Shown piece by piece: positions 27,041 to 35,698 of a stretch of 64,000 bases of DNA (position 1 is the first letter of the stretch; the number at the start of each line of letters is the position of its first letter). The notes beneath the pieces were generated by a model, which was not told the DNA's origin, did no database searches, and worked only from the letters and a program-made list of their open reading frames with translations. Both the position numbers and the translations under genes were made by a program. The stretch covers positions 38,410-102,409 of the forward strand of contig SVTP01000001.1 in assembly GCA_015063725.1 (NCBI GenBank), written 5' to 3'. Source of the stretch: Oscillospiraceae bacterium. GTDB taxonomy: Bacteria; Bacillota; Clostridia; Oscillospirales; CAG-272.

Positions 27041-27793
27041 TCAGGGCGCTTGAAACTCAACAATGGCTTTGTAAAGTGCTTTAAACTGCGTGTAAGTTTC
27101 TTCATTGGAAGATGCGCCCATGAAATAAGGATGTGTCAGGACGATGAGCGTATCGGCAGGTAGCACCTGCAGGGCTTCATAATACTGATAGATTGCGGTA
27201 TCCCCCAAGCGAATGGCATATTCATCGTATGCACCCGCGGGAGTGGTTTCAAAAATGTTTGCAAGCGGAACGGCAAGCTTTTCAGACATATGCTGCGCCT
27301 CGTAAACCGATGTATTGACCAGCCAAATGGAGCAATCCCCCGTCTCCATATACGAGGAAAGCTCTTTGAGTCGATTGACGTTCATTCCCTTTGCCATGTT
27401 GTAAGCAGCACCGTTAAAGTCTCCCGTCTCGGGATCTGTATAAAGTGCGCGCAGCTCTTCCTCGGTATAAAACGGATAGTCGGTAACGCCAACTGCAAGC
27501 GCCTCCTCGCCAAAGGTCTGTTTGGAAACCTCCGCAAACACGCGCTCAACCGCGGTTTTCTCCTCGCTTGTCATGGTGTAAGAGCCGCCAAACGTGATGT
27601 AGACGTCCTTGTGCGGCGTGGTAGTGCATTGCACGAGACAAACGATGGTAACAAACAAAAAGAAAGCGACCATAAGAATCGTCCATTTGTAGTGATACCA
27701 AAGATTTTCGAACCACAAAAAGACGGGGTGACGAATGGCAATGCCCTCGCCCGCAAGCTTTTCTTCCCTTTTATCAGGTTCTCTTTGCGACAT
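27041..27793 (-). CDS. hypothetical single-pass membrane protein
   Basis: Start moved to ATG 27793 (MSQREPD...), which has an AAGGAGG RBS. One TM (WTILMVAFFLFVTIVCLV). No family recognised. Confidence 0.65.
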   Translation of the reverse strand: MSQREPDKREEKLAGEGIAIRHPVFLWFENLWYHYKWTILMVAFFLFVTIVCLVQCTTTPHKDVYITFGGSYTMTSEEKTAVERVFAEVSKQTFGEEALAVGVTDYPFYTEEELRALYTDPETGDFNGAAYNMAKGMNVNRLKELSSYMETGDCSIWLVNTSVYEAQHMSEKLAVPLANIFETTPAGAYDEYAIRLGDTAIYQYYEALQVLPADTLIVLTHPYFMGASSNEETYTQFKALYKAIVEFQAP

Positions 27794-27813
27794 TTTTACC
27801 TCCTTGATAAAGG

Positions 27814-27847
27814 TGCGAGGTGTTGCGTTTTTTGTCAACACCTCGCA
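27814..27847 (-). terminator. 12-bp hairpin between greA and the downstream hypothetical gene
   Basis: TGCGAGGTGTTG-N10-CAACACCTCGCA. There is no clear U-tract on the minus strand, so it may be a partial terminator or a processing site. Confidence 0.35.
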
Positions 27848-27861
27848 TCACTTCGTCAGAA

Positions 27862-28344
27862 TTACTTTCTGGAAACCTCGAGCACCTTCATAACAAGGGT
27901 GCCGTTGGGAACCTCAACGGTGATCTCATCCCCTGCCTTTTTGTTGATCAGGGCTGCACCGATGGGAGATTGGTCCGAGATCTTGCCCTCTGCGGGATTT
28001 GCCTCGTTGGAGCCGACCAAAGCATAGGTAAACTCTGCATTCACGGTCTTGTTGAGTACCTTAACGGTGGAACCCAAGCTGATAACGCTGCTATCAATAT
28101 TGGACTCGTCGAGGATAACTGCATTTTCGATCAGTTCTTCGAGTTCTTTGATGCGTGCTTCATTCTTTGCTTGGTCGTTTCTTGCTGCATCGTACTCTGC
28201 GTTCTCGGAAAGGTCACCGAATCCGCGCGCAGTAGCAATATCGTTCTTGATCTTTTCGCGTTCTTCGTGTGTGCGGCGGTAGAGTTCGTCTACGAGCTCC
28301 TTATAACCTTGTTGTGTATAAAGTGTTTGTTTTACCTTAGCCAT
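27862..28344 (-). CDS. greA: transcription elongation factor GreA
   Basis: 160 aa with LTQQGYKELVDEL, GDLSENAEYDAA, and C-terminal SPIGAALINKKAGDE. Confidence 0.95.
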   Translation of the reverse strand: MAKVKQTLYTQQGYKELVDELYRRTHEEREKIKNDIATARGFGDLSENAEYDAARNDQAKNEARIKELEELIENAVILDESNIDSSVISLGSTVKVLNKTVNAEFTYALVGSNEANPAEGKISDQSPIGAALINKKAGDEITVEVPNGTLVMKVLEVSRK

Positions 28345-28385
28345 AATAATTCAATCTCCTTAAAACATATAAAAATGATGATGGA

Positions 28386-29831
28386 TCAGTTATTTTTGAC
28401 AGCCTCGATGGCTTTTTGCAATTGATTGTCCAGATGCTCGGGCAAGAGGTAGAAGTGATACTCCAGTGCCTCTTCTGACAACTCGACAGCATACCCCTCG
28501 GTAGGAGCGATACCAATATCGTGATAGGTGACGCCGCACGCAGTAACGTATGCGTGGGTAGTCATTTTGACGTAACCGTCAAACGCGCCTGCGGTCATAT
28601 TAGACAGGCTATAATAACGCTGCATAATACCCTTGCCAAAGGTGGTTTCGCCAACAATGGTAACGTTTTTGTGGTCACGCAGGCTTGCCGTAAAGACCTC
28701 GGCTGCACTTGCGGTGTTACCGTTGCAAAGAACGACCATATCAAGATTAGCAAACATGCCAACCTCTTCGGCTTCTACACTACAAGGGGCATACGTTCCG
28801 CTAAAGCTCTCTGCGCCCGCATAAACGGGATTGACGTGCCTGCCCTTGTTATCGACAGCAGTCAGGATCAGTTTGCCATCCTCAAGCAGGAAAGAAAGCA
28901 CTGCCTTGATAGATTGCAGATCTCCGCCGGGATTGTTGCGCACGTCAAAAATGAAGTGCTCAACCCCCTTTGCTTGCAATGCCTTAACAGCTTCCTTAAA
29001 CTGTACAGGCGTTTGCAGATCAAATTCCGAGAGATGGACAATGCCAACGCTTGCATCGGTTTCGGATACACGGTAGGTGACAGACTCTTTGGTGTAGGTG
29101 TTGCGAACGATTGCGGCTTCGATGATCTCATAGCCGCCGTTCTTATCGGGACGGAACGCAAGGAGCTTTGCGGTGCTGCCGATCTCTCCGCGAATAGCAT
29201 TCAGTGCCGGTGTGTAACCGCCAAGCTGAGCAACACTCTTATACTCTCCGTCAATTTCGATGGCATAAATGCTATCCCCCACGCGCAGATTGCTCTTTTG
29301 AGCAGGTGCATTTTTAAAAATGGTGATAATGTTAAAGGTCAAAAACTCCTGACCTTCCACAACCAGTGGCTCCTGCACAACGCTGACACCGATGCCAACG
29401 CCGGCGCCTGCATTGTCGCTGCTGAGAGCGGCATATTCTTCATCGGTGTAATAAGCGGCATAGTTGTCGCCTGTCGCCTCGGTGTATGCGCGCATAACCT
29501 GGTCGAGCATTTGCTCTTTGTCAAATTGGTTGGAATAGTAGGAATACTCCTCTAACAAGCTTGCCAGAATTTGCAGCTTGGTAAAGGAATCATCCTTCAA
29601 CGTATCACGCAAAACATCAATGGTTTGCTGCTGCTCTGCAATAATTTCAGAATCCTGTGCCCTTACCCATTTTGAGGTTAGAGTAAAGGTGAGCATCATG
29701 GTTGCCACAATGGCAACGCTCAGCAAAGCCAATAGAACGGTTAAGGAACAGCGCCATTCGCGCTTTTTGCGTCTTTTGGGTTGCTTTGGATATTCCATCC
29801 AGGAATAATCATTGTAATCGTTATAATCCAT
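28386..29831 (-). CDS. S41 family C-terminal processing peptidase, membrane-anchored
   Basis: 481 aa. N-terminal TM, PDZ-like region, and catalytic region NGNTASAAEVF ... TFGKG. Confidence 0.88.
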   Translation of the reverse strand: MDYNDYNDYSWMEYPKQPKRRKKREWRCSLTVLLALLSVAIVATMMLTFTLTSKWVRAQDSEIIAEQQQTIDVLRDTLKDDSFTKLQILASLLEEYSYYSNQFDKEQMLDQVMRAYTEATGDNYAAYYTDEEYAALSSDNAGAGVGIGVSVVQEPLVVEGQEFLTFNIITIFKNAPAQKSNLRVGDSIYAIEIDGEYKSVAQLGGYTPALNAIRGEIGSTAKLLAFRPDKNGGYEIIEAAIVRNTYTKESVTYRVSETDASVGIVHLSEFDLQTPVQFKEAVKALQAKGVEHFIFDVRNNPGGDLQSIKAVLSFLLEDGKLILTAVDNKGRHVNPVYAGAESFSGTYAPCSVEAEEVGMFANLDMVVLCNGNTASAAEVFTASLRDHKNVTIVGETTFGKGIMQRYYSLSNMTAGAFDGYVKMTTHAYVTACGVTYHDIGIAPTEGYAVELSEEALEYHFYLLPEHLDNQLQKAIEAVKNN

Positions 29832-29935
29832 TCTTGTTTCCCTTCAAATTATAAATCAGATATGACGTGCAGGTCTATAATACCGTATTTTATGGATATT
29901 CGCACGCACTTATGCGCAATGTATACAGTACGGAA

Positions 29936-29971
29936 GCGAAATGCCAGGCGTTCCCTGCATTTCGCTTTTTT
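29936..29971. terminator. 13-bp hairpin with T6 on the plus strand, 35 nt beyond the stop of the minus-strand PucR-family gene
   Basis: GCGAAATGCCAGG-CGTTC-CCTGCATTTCGC followed by TTTTTT on the plus strand. The minus-strand flank is TTCCGT. Confidence 0.55.
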
Positions 29972-30005
29972 CCTACTCTCAGCGATTTGATCGCGAGATG
30001 ATATA

Positions 30006-31091
30006 TCAGAACTTGATGGGCTTGGAATTGAGATACTTTTTAACCATGAGTGCTACCTTGAACGTGATAGCATGCTCAAACTCGCGCAGGTCAAGACCTG
30101 TCATCTTGCGGATCTTGTCAAGACGATAAACCAATGTGTTACGGTGTACAAAGAGCTTGCGGGATGTTTCGGAAACGTTGAGGTTGTTCTCAAAGAATGC
30201 CTGAATAGTTTGCAGAGTTTCGCGATCGAGAGACTCGAGGCTACCGCGCTTGAACACTTCTTGCAAGAACATTTCGCAAAGTGTGGTGGGCAGTTGGTAG
30301 ATCAGGCGGCCAATGCCGAGGTTTTCATAGCTGATGATGTTCTTTTCGTTTTCAAATACCTTGCCAACCTCAAGAGCAACTTGTGCTTCCTTGTATGCGC
30401 GGGCAAGATCCTTGATGTTCTCAACAACGGTGGAGATACCGATAGCTACCTGTGTATAGAACTCGGCAGAAAGTGTATCGGCAATGTTGGTTGCAATCTT
30501 TTCAAATTCCTTGTTTTCGGTGCCGGGCTTAACGTCCTTAACAAGCACGATATCGTGCTCGCCAACGCTTATGACGTAATCCTTTGCCTTTTCCGGGAAC
30601 ATGTTTTGCAGCATTTCAAACGGCAGCATATCGGTCTTGCCCAAGAACTTGATCAGGAAGATAACGCGCAGCTCGTTGGTGTTAAAATGCAGCTCCTTGG
30701 ATTTGATGTAGATATCACTGGGAAGAATGTTATCGAGAATAATATTTTTGATGAAAGAGCCTTTATCGTACTTTTCATCATAGAGGTTTTTGATGTTGCC
30801 CAGAGAAATAGCCAAAAGCTTGGACATCTTCTCTGCCATCTTATCCTCACCCTCAACAAAAACGATATAATCGGTTTTGGGGCCGTTGGTCATAGGGCGG
30901 TAGGTATAGCCGCCGCTGGTGATCACTTCGCTCGAGTAGCTGAGTTCATCGCGCACGCCCTGACGGATCTCGCCGATCTTGACAAGTTCAGAGCAAGAAA
31001 TAATGACGCCGTTTTCATCAACAACGCCGATAACGCGATCAATCGCATCCTTCATTTGGTGAATAACACCTTGAAACAACCTATTTGACAT
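30006..31091 (-). CDS. PucR/CdaR family transcriptional regulator
   Basis: C-terminal PucR HTH ETSRKLFVHRNTLVYRLDKIRKMTGLD. Start moved to ATG 31091 (MSNRLFQG), which has a GGAG RBS. Confidence 0.85.
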   Translation of the reverse strand: MSNRLFQGVIHQMKDAIDRVIGVVDENGVIISCSELVKIGEIRQGVRDELSYSSEVITSGGYTYRPMTNGPKTDYIVFVEGEDKMAEKMSKLLAISLGNIKNLYDEKYDKGSFIKNIILDNILPSDIYIKSKELHFNTNELRVIFLIKFLGKTDMLPFEMLQNMFPEKAKDYVISVGEHDIVLVKDVKPGTENKEFEKIATNIADTLSAEFYTQVAIGISTVVENIKDLARAYKEAQVALEVGKVFENEKNIISYENLGIGRLIYQLPTTLCEMFLQEVFKRGSLESLDRETLQTIQAFFENNLNVSETSRKLFVHRNTLVYRLDKIRKMTGLDLREFEHAITFKVALMVKKYLNSKPIKF

Positions 31092-31146
31092 AAATTCAAT
31101 CTCCTCTTGTGTTTTTTGAGAATAGGCTTCGTACAAAACTACCTAT

Positions 31147-31175
31147 ATTTTACACTATTTTTTGGCATTTTTCAA
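31147..31175 (-). promoter_or_regulatory. promoter of the PucR-family gene: TTGAAA-17-TAAAAT
   Basis: Minus strand: TTGAAA (31175..31170), 17-nt spacer, TAAAAT (31152..31147). Confidence 0.5.
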
Positions 31176-31250
31176 TAGGTTTTTGAATATTTCTTATAAA
31201 AATTTTTATTTTTTTTGGGCAGACTGCCTATGGTGGAAAAAATGAGGGTA

Positions 31251-31289
31251 AAAAAAGTGGTGGATTTTGGTTAAATCCACCACTTTTTT
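31251..31289 (-). terminator. terminator after rsmE
   Basis: AAAAAAGTGGTGGATTT-TGGTT-AAATCCACCACTTTTTT, a 17-bp stem. Confidence 0.75.
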
Positions 31290-31307
31290 GCTCATTTTGA
31301 TAGGATT

Positions 31308-32060
31308 TTAAGTCATTTCAAGGGCGTAAACAAGGCAAGCGAGCGCAAATCCCGACGCGGTCTCGGTACGCAGAATGCGTTTGCCGAGTCCAACGGGGAG
31401 TATACCCTTTTGGCAAATGGCTTCGGCCTCGGCAAGAGAAAAGCCACCTTCGCTGCCAATGATAAGTGCTATGGTCGGAGTTTCCTTATCAATTTTTGAG
31501 ATTGCTTTCTTCAAAGCCGTCGGGAGTGGTTCGGTTCCGTCCCCCTCGTAGCAAAAGAGTGCGATATCTGCCTCTGCAGCACGACGGCACATTTCGGCAA
31601 ACGATACGGTCGGGTTGACTGTGGGAACAATTCCTCTACCGCTTTGCTTGGCAGCTTCGAGCGCGATGCGCTGACGGCGCTCGACCTTCTTAGCTTCGTT
31701 CTCTCCCTTTGCGCGAACGATACAACGCTCGCTCTCAAAGGTAGTGATCTCGGAAGCACCGCACTCGACTGCCTTTTGGATCACGCTATCCAGCTTGTCT
31801 CCTTTGGGGAGCGCCTGAAAAACGTGTGCGTAGTAGGGCGGCTCGGTGTCGCTCTTGCGCGTTTCCAAAATTTTGGCAAGCACACGATCGGGCAAAAAAT
31901 CGGTCAGCTCACATTCATATTCATTTTTTTGCATATCGCATACGGTGATGCACTCCCCTGCCGCCATGCGGAGCGAGCGGGAGATGTGATGGGCATCGTC
32001 GCCCAAAAGCGTTACAACACCATCTTCAATTTGATTGGCGCGAATAAAAAATCTTGGCAT
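31308..32060 (-). CDS. rsmE: 16S rRNA (uracil1498-N3)-methyltransferase
   Basis: MPRFFI...DAHHISRSLRM N-terminus and C-terminal IGSEGGFS...LGKRILRTETA. Confidence 0.9.
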   Translation of the reverse strand: MPRFFIRANQIEDGVVTLLGDDAHHISRSLRMAAGECITVCDMQKNEYECELTDFLPDRVLAKILETRKSDTEPPYYAHVFQALPKGDKLDSVIQKAVECGASEITTFESERCIVRAKGENEAKKVERRQRIALEAAKQSGRGIVPTVNPTVSFAEMCRRAAEADIALFCYEGDGTEPLPTALKKAISKIDKETPTIALIIGSEGGFSLAEAEAICQKGILPVGLGKRILRTETASGFALACLVYALEMT

Positions 32061-32072
32061 AATCTTCTCCAA

Positions 32073-32873
32073 TTATTGTAAATCGATAAAGCGAGCGTAG
32101 ATTGAGGGAAGCTTGATACTGATTCCGTTGTGGCTCGTATTGCCTTCCAATTCACCGGCAACCTCACCCCAAACGGTAATTTTATCTCCAACAGCCAAGC
32201 GAGCTTGGTTTTCCTGACGGTAATCCATCACAAAAAACTCTAAAATCCGATCTTCTATCTGTATCTTACAGAGATAAACATCGGCGGTGAAGTATTCGTA
32301 TTCTTGTGTGTAATAATAACTCGAGGCAACTCCGGTTACAGTACATTCCATGCGAACGTATCTGCCAACGTAATCCTTACTGTTTCGGTAGAGCGCTTCG
32401 GCATCGAGCGTGGTACAAGCGGCACGGTAATCCACCTCGGAAAGCTCGAGATTGACGGGCGGTTCAGGCTCCCCTCTCAATCCCATAAAAAGTGTATCAA
32501 CAAAGCCGATCAGGTAAGCGCCAAAGAAATGAAAAAGCACAATAGCAACGGTTACAATAATCTTCCAATGCTTTTTCCAATGGCTGTTCCACATTAGGAC
32601 GATACCAACAATGGGGGCAAAAATAAGCATCAGCACAATGAACCACGCGCTATAATACCACGGCACGAATTGCACGCGCCCATTTCCGGCAGGGCGACGG
32701 TGTTTCTTTTGTTTGACCTCTTTGCGATTGCCTGCTCGGAACTCCTCGGGACACTCTTTTCCGCACAATGGGCAGCAATCGTCGGCAAAGAAGGTTTCGC
32801 AATCGGGACATTTATTCAATTCGGGAAAATCGCGTTCGCGATCCTCGGCAAAAAATCCAAGATCCGCTCCCAT
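32073..32873 (-). CDS. zinc-ribbon membrane protein, unknown function
   Basis: Start set at ATG 32873 (AGGAG RBS 7 nt upstream). CPDCETFFADDCCPLCGKEC zinc ribbon, two TM helices and a ~130-aa extracytoplasmic domain. Confidence 0.65.
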   Translation of the reverse strand: MGADLGFFAEDRERDFPELNKCPDCETFFADDCCPLCGKECPEEFRAGNRKEVKQKKHRRPAGNGRVQFVPWYYSAWFIVLMLIFAPIVGIVLMWNSHWKKHWKIIVTVAIVLFHFFGAYLIGFVDTLFMGLRGEPEPPVNLELSEVDYRAACTTLDAEALYRNSKDYVGRYVRMECTVTGVASSYYYTQEYEYFTADVYLCKIQIEDRILEFFVMDYRQENQARLAVGDKITVWGEVAGELEGNTSHNGISIKLPSIYARFIDLQ

Positions 32874-33018
32874 TCGGTGTCTCCTTTTCATCATTTTATT
32901 ATATATATTATGATACACCATTTGCAGGACTTTGTCAAGTGGATTTTTGAGCGGTATAATATTTGTCAAAATATTATAGGTCAAATTATGAACAAATCGT
33001 AACCTTTTAAAAATTCTC

Positions 33019-33047
33019 TTGAAAAGCACAATTCGCATGTGTATAAT
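33019..33047 (+). promoter_or_regulatory. pckG promoter: TTGAAA-17-TATAAT
   Basis: TTGAAA at 33019-33024 and TATAAT at 33042-33047. Confidence 0.6.
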
Positions 33048-33127
33048 ATATAATGGGTGATAAGGTGGCTTATTTTCCCACCATATTGTTTTTGATTAAA
33101 TTTTACATATAAAAAAGGAGCAAAACT

Positions 33128-34912
33128 ATGACCAACAACAAGTATGTTCTTGATTGGATCAAGTCCATGGCTGACATGGTAGGTCCTAAGGAGATCGTTT
33201 GGATTGACGGCAGCGAGGAGCAAACCGAAGCTCTGCGTGCCCAGGCTTGTGCTACAGGTGAGCTGGAAGCTCTCAACCCTGACGTTTACCCCAACTGCTA
33301 TCTGCACCGCACCGCCATCAATGACGTTGCTCGTGTTGAAGGCAGAACCTTTATCTGCACCTCCAAAAAAGAGGATGCCGGTAACATCAACAACTGGATG
33401 GACCCCAAGGAATGCTACGAAAAGCTTTCCAAGCTCTATAAAAATTCCTACAACGGCAAAACCATGTACGTTATTCCCTACTCCATGGGCGTTGTTGGAT
33501 CTGACTTTGCAAAGATCGGCATTGAGCTCACCGACTCCATTTACGTCGTTCTCAACATGCTCATCATGACTCGTGTTGGTACCAACGTAATCGAGGCTCT
33601 GGGTGATTCCCCCGAGTTCATCAAAGGTCTGCACGCTGTTGCTGACTGCGATGAAGAAAAGCGCTACATTTGCCACTTCCCCGAGGACAACACCATCTGG
33701 TCCGTAAACTCCGGCTACGGTGGAAACGTTCTGCTTGGCAAGAAGTGCTTTGCACTCCGTATCGCATCCTATCTTGGCCGTAAGGAAGGCTGGATGGCTG
33801 AGCACATGCTCATCCTCGGTCTTGAAAATCCTCAAGGTGAGATCAAGTATATCTCTGCTGCATTCCCCTCTGCTTGCGGCAAGACCAACCTTGCAATGCT
33901 CATTCCGCCCGAAATCTACAAGAAGGCAGGCTACAAGGTTTGGACCGTTGGCGATGACATCGCTTGGATCCGCGTAGGCGAGGATGGCAGACTTTATGCT
34001 ATCAACCCCGAAAACGGCTTCTTTGGCGTGGCTCCCGGTACCAACGAGCACTCCAACTACAACGCGCTCATGACCACCAAGAAGAACTGCATCTTCACAA
34101 ATGTTTGCCACAATTTGGATGACAACACCGTTTGGTGGGAAGGTCTTGACAACAATCCTCCCAAGAATGCTCTTAACTGGAAGGGCGAGAAATGGGATTA
34201 CACCAAGTACGACAAGGCAGACAAGGTCAACACCTCCGGTGCGCACCCCAACTCCCGCTTTACCGCAATGGCTACCAACTGCCCTTGCATCTCCTCCGAA
34301 TTCAATAGCCTCAAGGGCGTTCCGCTCTCCGCTATCATCTTCGGTGGCAGACGTGCAAAGACTGCTCCCCTGGTTTACGAATCCAAAAACTGGCAGAACG
34401 GTACTTTCGTAGGCTCTATCATGGCGTCGGAGACCACCGCAGCCGCTGCAGGTGCCGTTGGTGTTGTTCGCCGTGACCCCATGGCTATGCGTCCCTTCGT
34501 AGGCTACGATATGGGCGACTACTTCCAACACTGGCTCAACATGGGCAAAAAGATCCCCAACGCGCCCAAGATCTTCCACGTTAACTGGTTCCGCACCGAT
34601 GCTGACGGTCACTTCATTTGGCCCGGCTTTGGCGACAACATGAGAGTTTTGATGTGGATCCTTGACCGTTGCGACGGCAAGGTTGACGCAGTTGAAACTC
34701 CTATCGGCTTTGTTCCCAAGGCTGAGGACATCAACATTGAAGGACTTGAGGACGTTACCGTTGACACCATCCGCGAGCTGCTCACCATCGACAACGAGAG
34801 CTGGCTTGAGGACGTCGAAAACATCAAAGCGTTCTATAAGCAGGTTGGCGACCGCGTTCCCGCAGAGCTTTACGAAGAGCTTGCAGCGCTTGAAGCAAAC
34901 CTTAAAAAATAA
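33128..34912 (+). CDS. pckG: phosphoenolpyruvate carboxykinase (GTP)
   Basis: 594 aa with FPSACGKTNLAML (kinase-1a), WIGDDIAW-type DDIAWIR, and GAHPNSRF. Confidence 0.95.
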   Translation: MTNNKYVLDWIKSMADMVGPKEIVWIDGSEEQTEALRAQACATGELEALNPDVYPNCYLHRTAINDVARVEGRTFICTSKKEDAGNINNWMDPKECYEKLSKLYKNSYNGKTMYVIPYSMGVVGSDFAKIGIELTDSIYVVLNMLIMTRVGTNVIEALGDSPEFIKGLHAVADCDEEKRYICHFPEDNTIWSVNSGYGGNVLLGKKCFALRIASYLGRKEGWMAEHMLILGLENPQGEIKYISAAFPSACGKTNLAMLIPPEIYKKAGYKVWTVGDDIAWIRVGEDGRLYAINPENGFFGVAPGTNEHSNYNALMTTKKNCIFTNVCHNLDDNTVWWEGLDNNPPKNALNWKGEKWDYTKYDKADKVNTSGAHPNSRFTAMATNCPCISSEFNSLKGVPLSAIIFGGRRAKTAPLVYESKNWQNGTFVGSIMASETTAAAAGAVGVVRRDPMAMRPFVGYDMGDYFQHWLNMGKKIPNAPKIFHVNWFRTDADGHFIWPGFGDNMRVLMWILDRCDGKVDAVETPIGFVPKAEDINIEGLEDVTVDTIRELLTIDNESWLEDVENIKAFYKQVGDRVPAELYEELAALEANLKK

Positions 34913-34922
34913 TTTTGATTAT

Positions 34923-34954
34923 AAAATCCCTTCCCGATTCGGGAAGGGATTTTT
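34923..34954 (+). terminator. pckG terminator
   Basis: AAAATCCCTTCCCG-ATT-CGGGAAGGGATTTT followed by T. Confidence 0.8.
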
Positions 34955-34961
34955 GCTATGA

Positions 34962-35002
34962 AAAACAAAACAGACCTTCACAGAGAAGGTCTGTTTTGTT
35001 TT
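34962..35002 (-). terminator. terminator of the DUF1836-like gene (A/T-flanked, potentially bidirectional)
   Basis: AAAACAGACCTTC-ACAGA-GAAGGTCTGTTTT with flanking A5/T5. Confidence 0.75.
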
Positions 35003-35005
35003 TGT

Positions 35006-35584
35006 TTATGCTCCGAGATTTTCAAGGAGTTGGGTTGCGCGGCGCTTGAGCAGTGCGGAATAGTAGGTTACCACAATGATCTCAAGGGCACGGTTGAGGC
35101 GTTCGCGAGCGCCATCAAAGGGCTCAACGTAATCCTTGGTGATTTTTGCAACACAATCAGCAATCTCTTCCAGTGAGCAATCGCCGGTTTTGATAATATG
35201 CTCAAGAATGCTACAGATATAATCGTACAGACGAGAATCGGTGATGATATCATCGCTCGTATCCTCTATGTCACCGTTGATATACTGTACCAGGAATGCA
35301 ATGTGCTCCAGCTGCATGCAGGAACGCAGCATGTTGATGATGAGAATGTGCGCTACCTGATCCATATTATACTTTTTGAGTCTTGCGTTTGCTACCCAGC
35401 CGCGCTTTGTCCAGTTTTGCAAAGTAGAGCTATCAATACCGGAAATATCGCGGATCTGTGTGAGCATTACCCCCTCACTAACGAAGAAAACCTTTTTGAG
35501 AAAGGCTAAGCCTGTCAGGTTCTCCATTTCTGCCTTCTTCAACTTTGTTCCGGGGATATATTCGTCCAAAAAATGCAATTTCAT
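35006..35584 (-). CDS. DUF1836-like protein (putative HTH)
   Basis: 192 aa. The segment LTQIRDISGIDSSTLQNWTKRGWVANARLKKYNMDQVAHILIINMLR follows the DUF1836 pattern as I recall it. Perfect promoter at 35623-35651. Confidence 0.5.
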   Translation of the reverse strand: MKLHFLDEYIPGTKLKKAEMENLTGLAFLKKVFFVSEGVMLTQIRDISGIDSSTLQNWTKRGWVANARLKKYNMDQVAHILIINMLRSCMQLEHIAFLVQYINGDIEDTSDDIITDSRLYDYICSILEHIIKTGDCSLEEIADCVAKITKDYVEPFDGARERLNRALEIIVVTYYSALLKRRATQLLENLGA

Positions 35585-35622
35585 AATGTATCCTCCATTT
35601 CATATTATTTATCTCTACATAA

Positions 35623-35651
35623 ATTATATCACATAATCAGGGGATTGTCAA
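35623..35651 (-). promoter_or_regulatory. promoter of the DUF1836-like gene: TTGACA-17-TATAAT with TGTGa
   Basis: Minus strand: TTGACA (35651..35646) and TATAAT (35628..35623). Confidence 0.65.
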
Positions 35652-35698
35652 TCATAAAATTTCGATTTTTTTGTAAATATTTTTTATCTGTAATGCTA

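Noticed and set aside
33048-33127. A possible attenuator in the pckG leader (GGTGG…CCACC followed by a T-run).
   Set aside because: The stem is only 5 bp and the T-run is separated by 6 nt. This is too weak to call.
32981-34612. A 543-aa minus-strand ORF.
   Set aside because: It is antisense to pckG, which is unambiguous on the plus strand. The product is repetitive V/G/D-rich noise.
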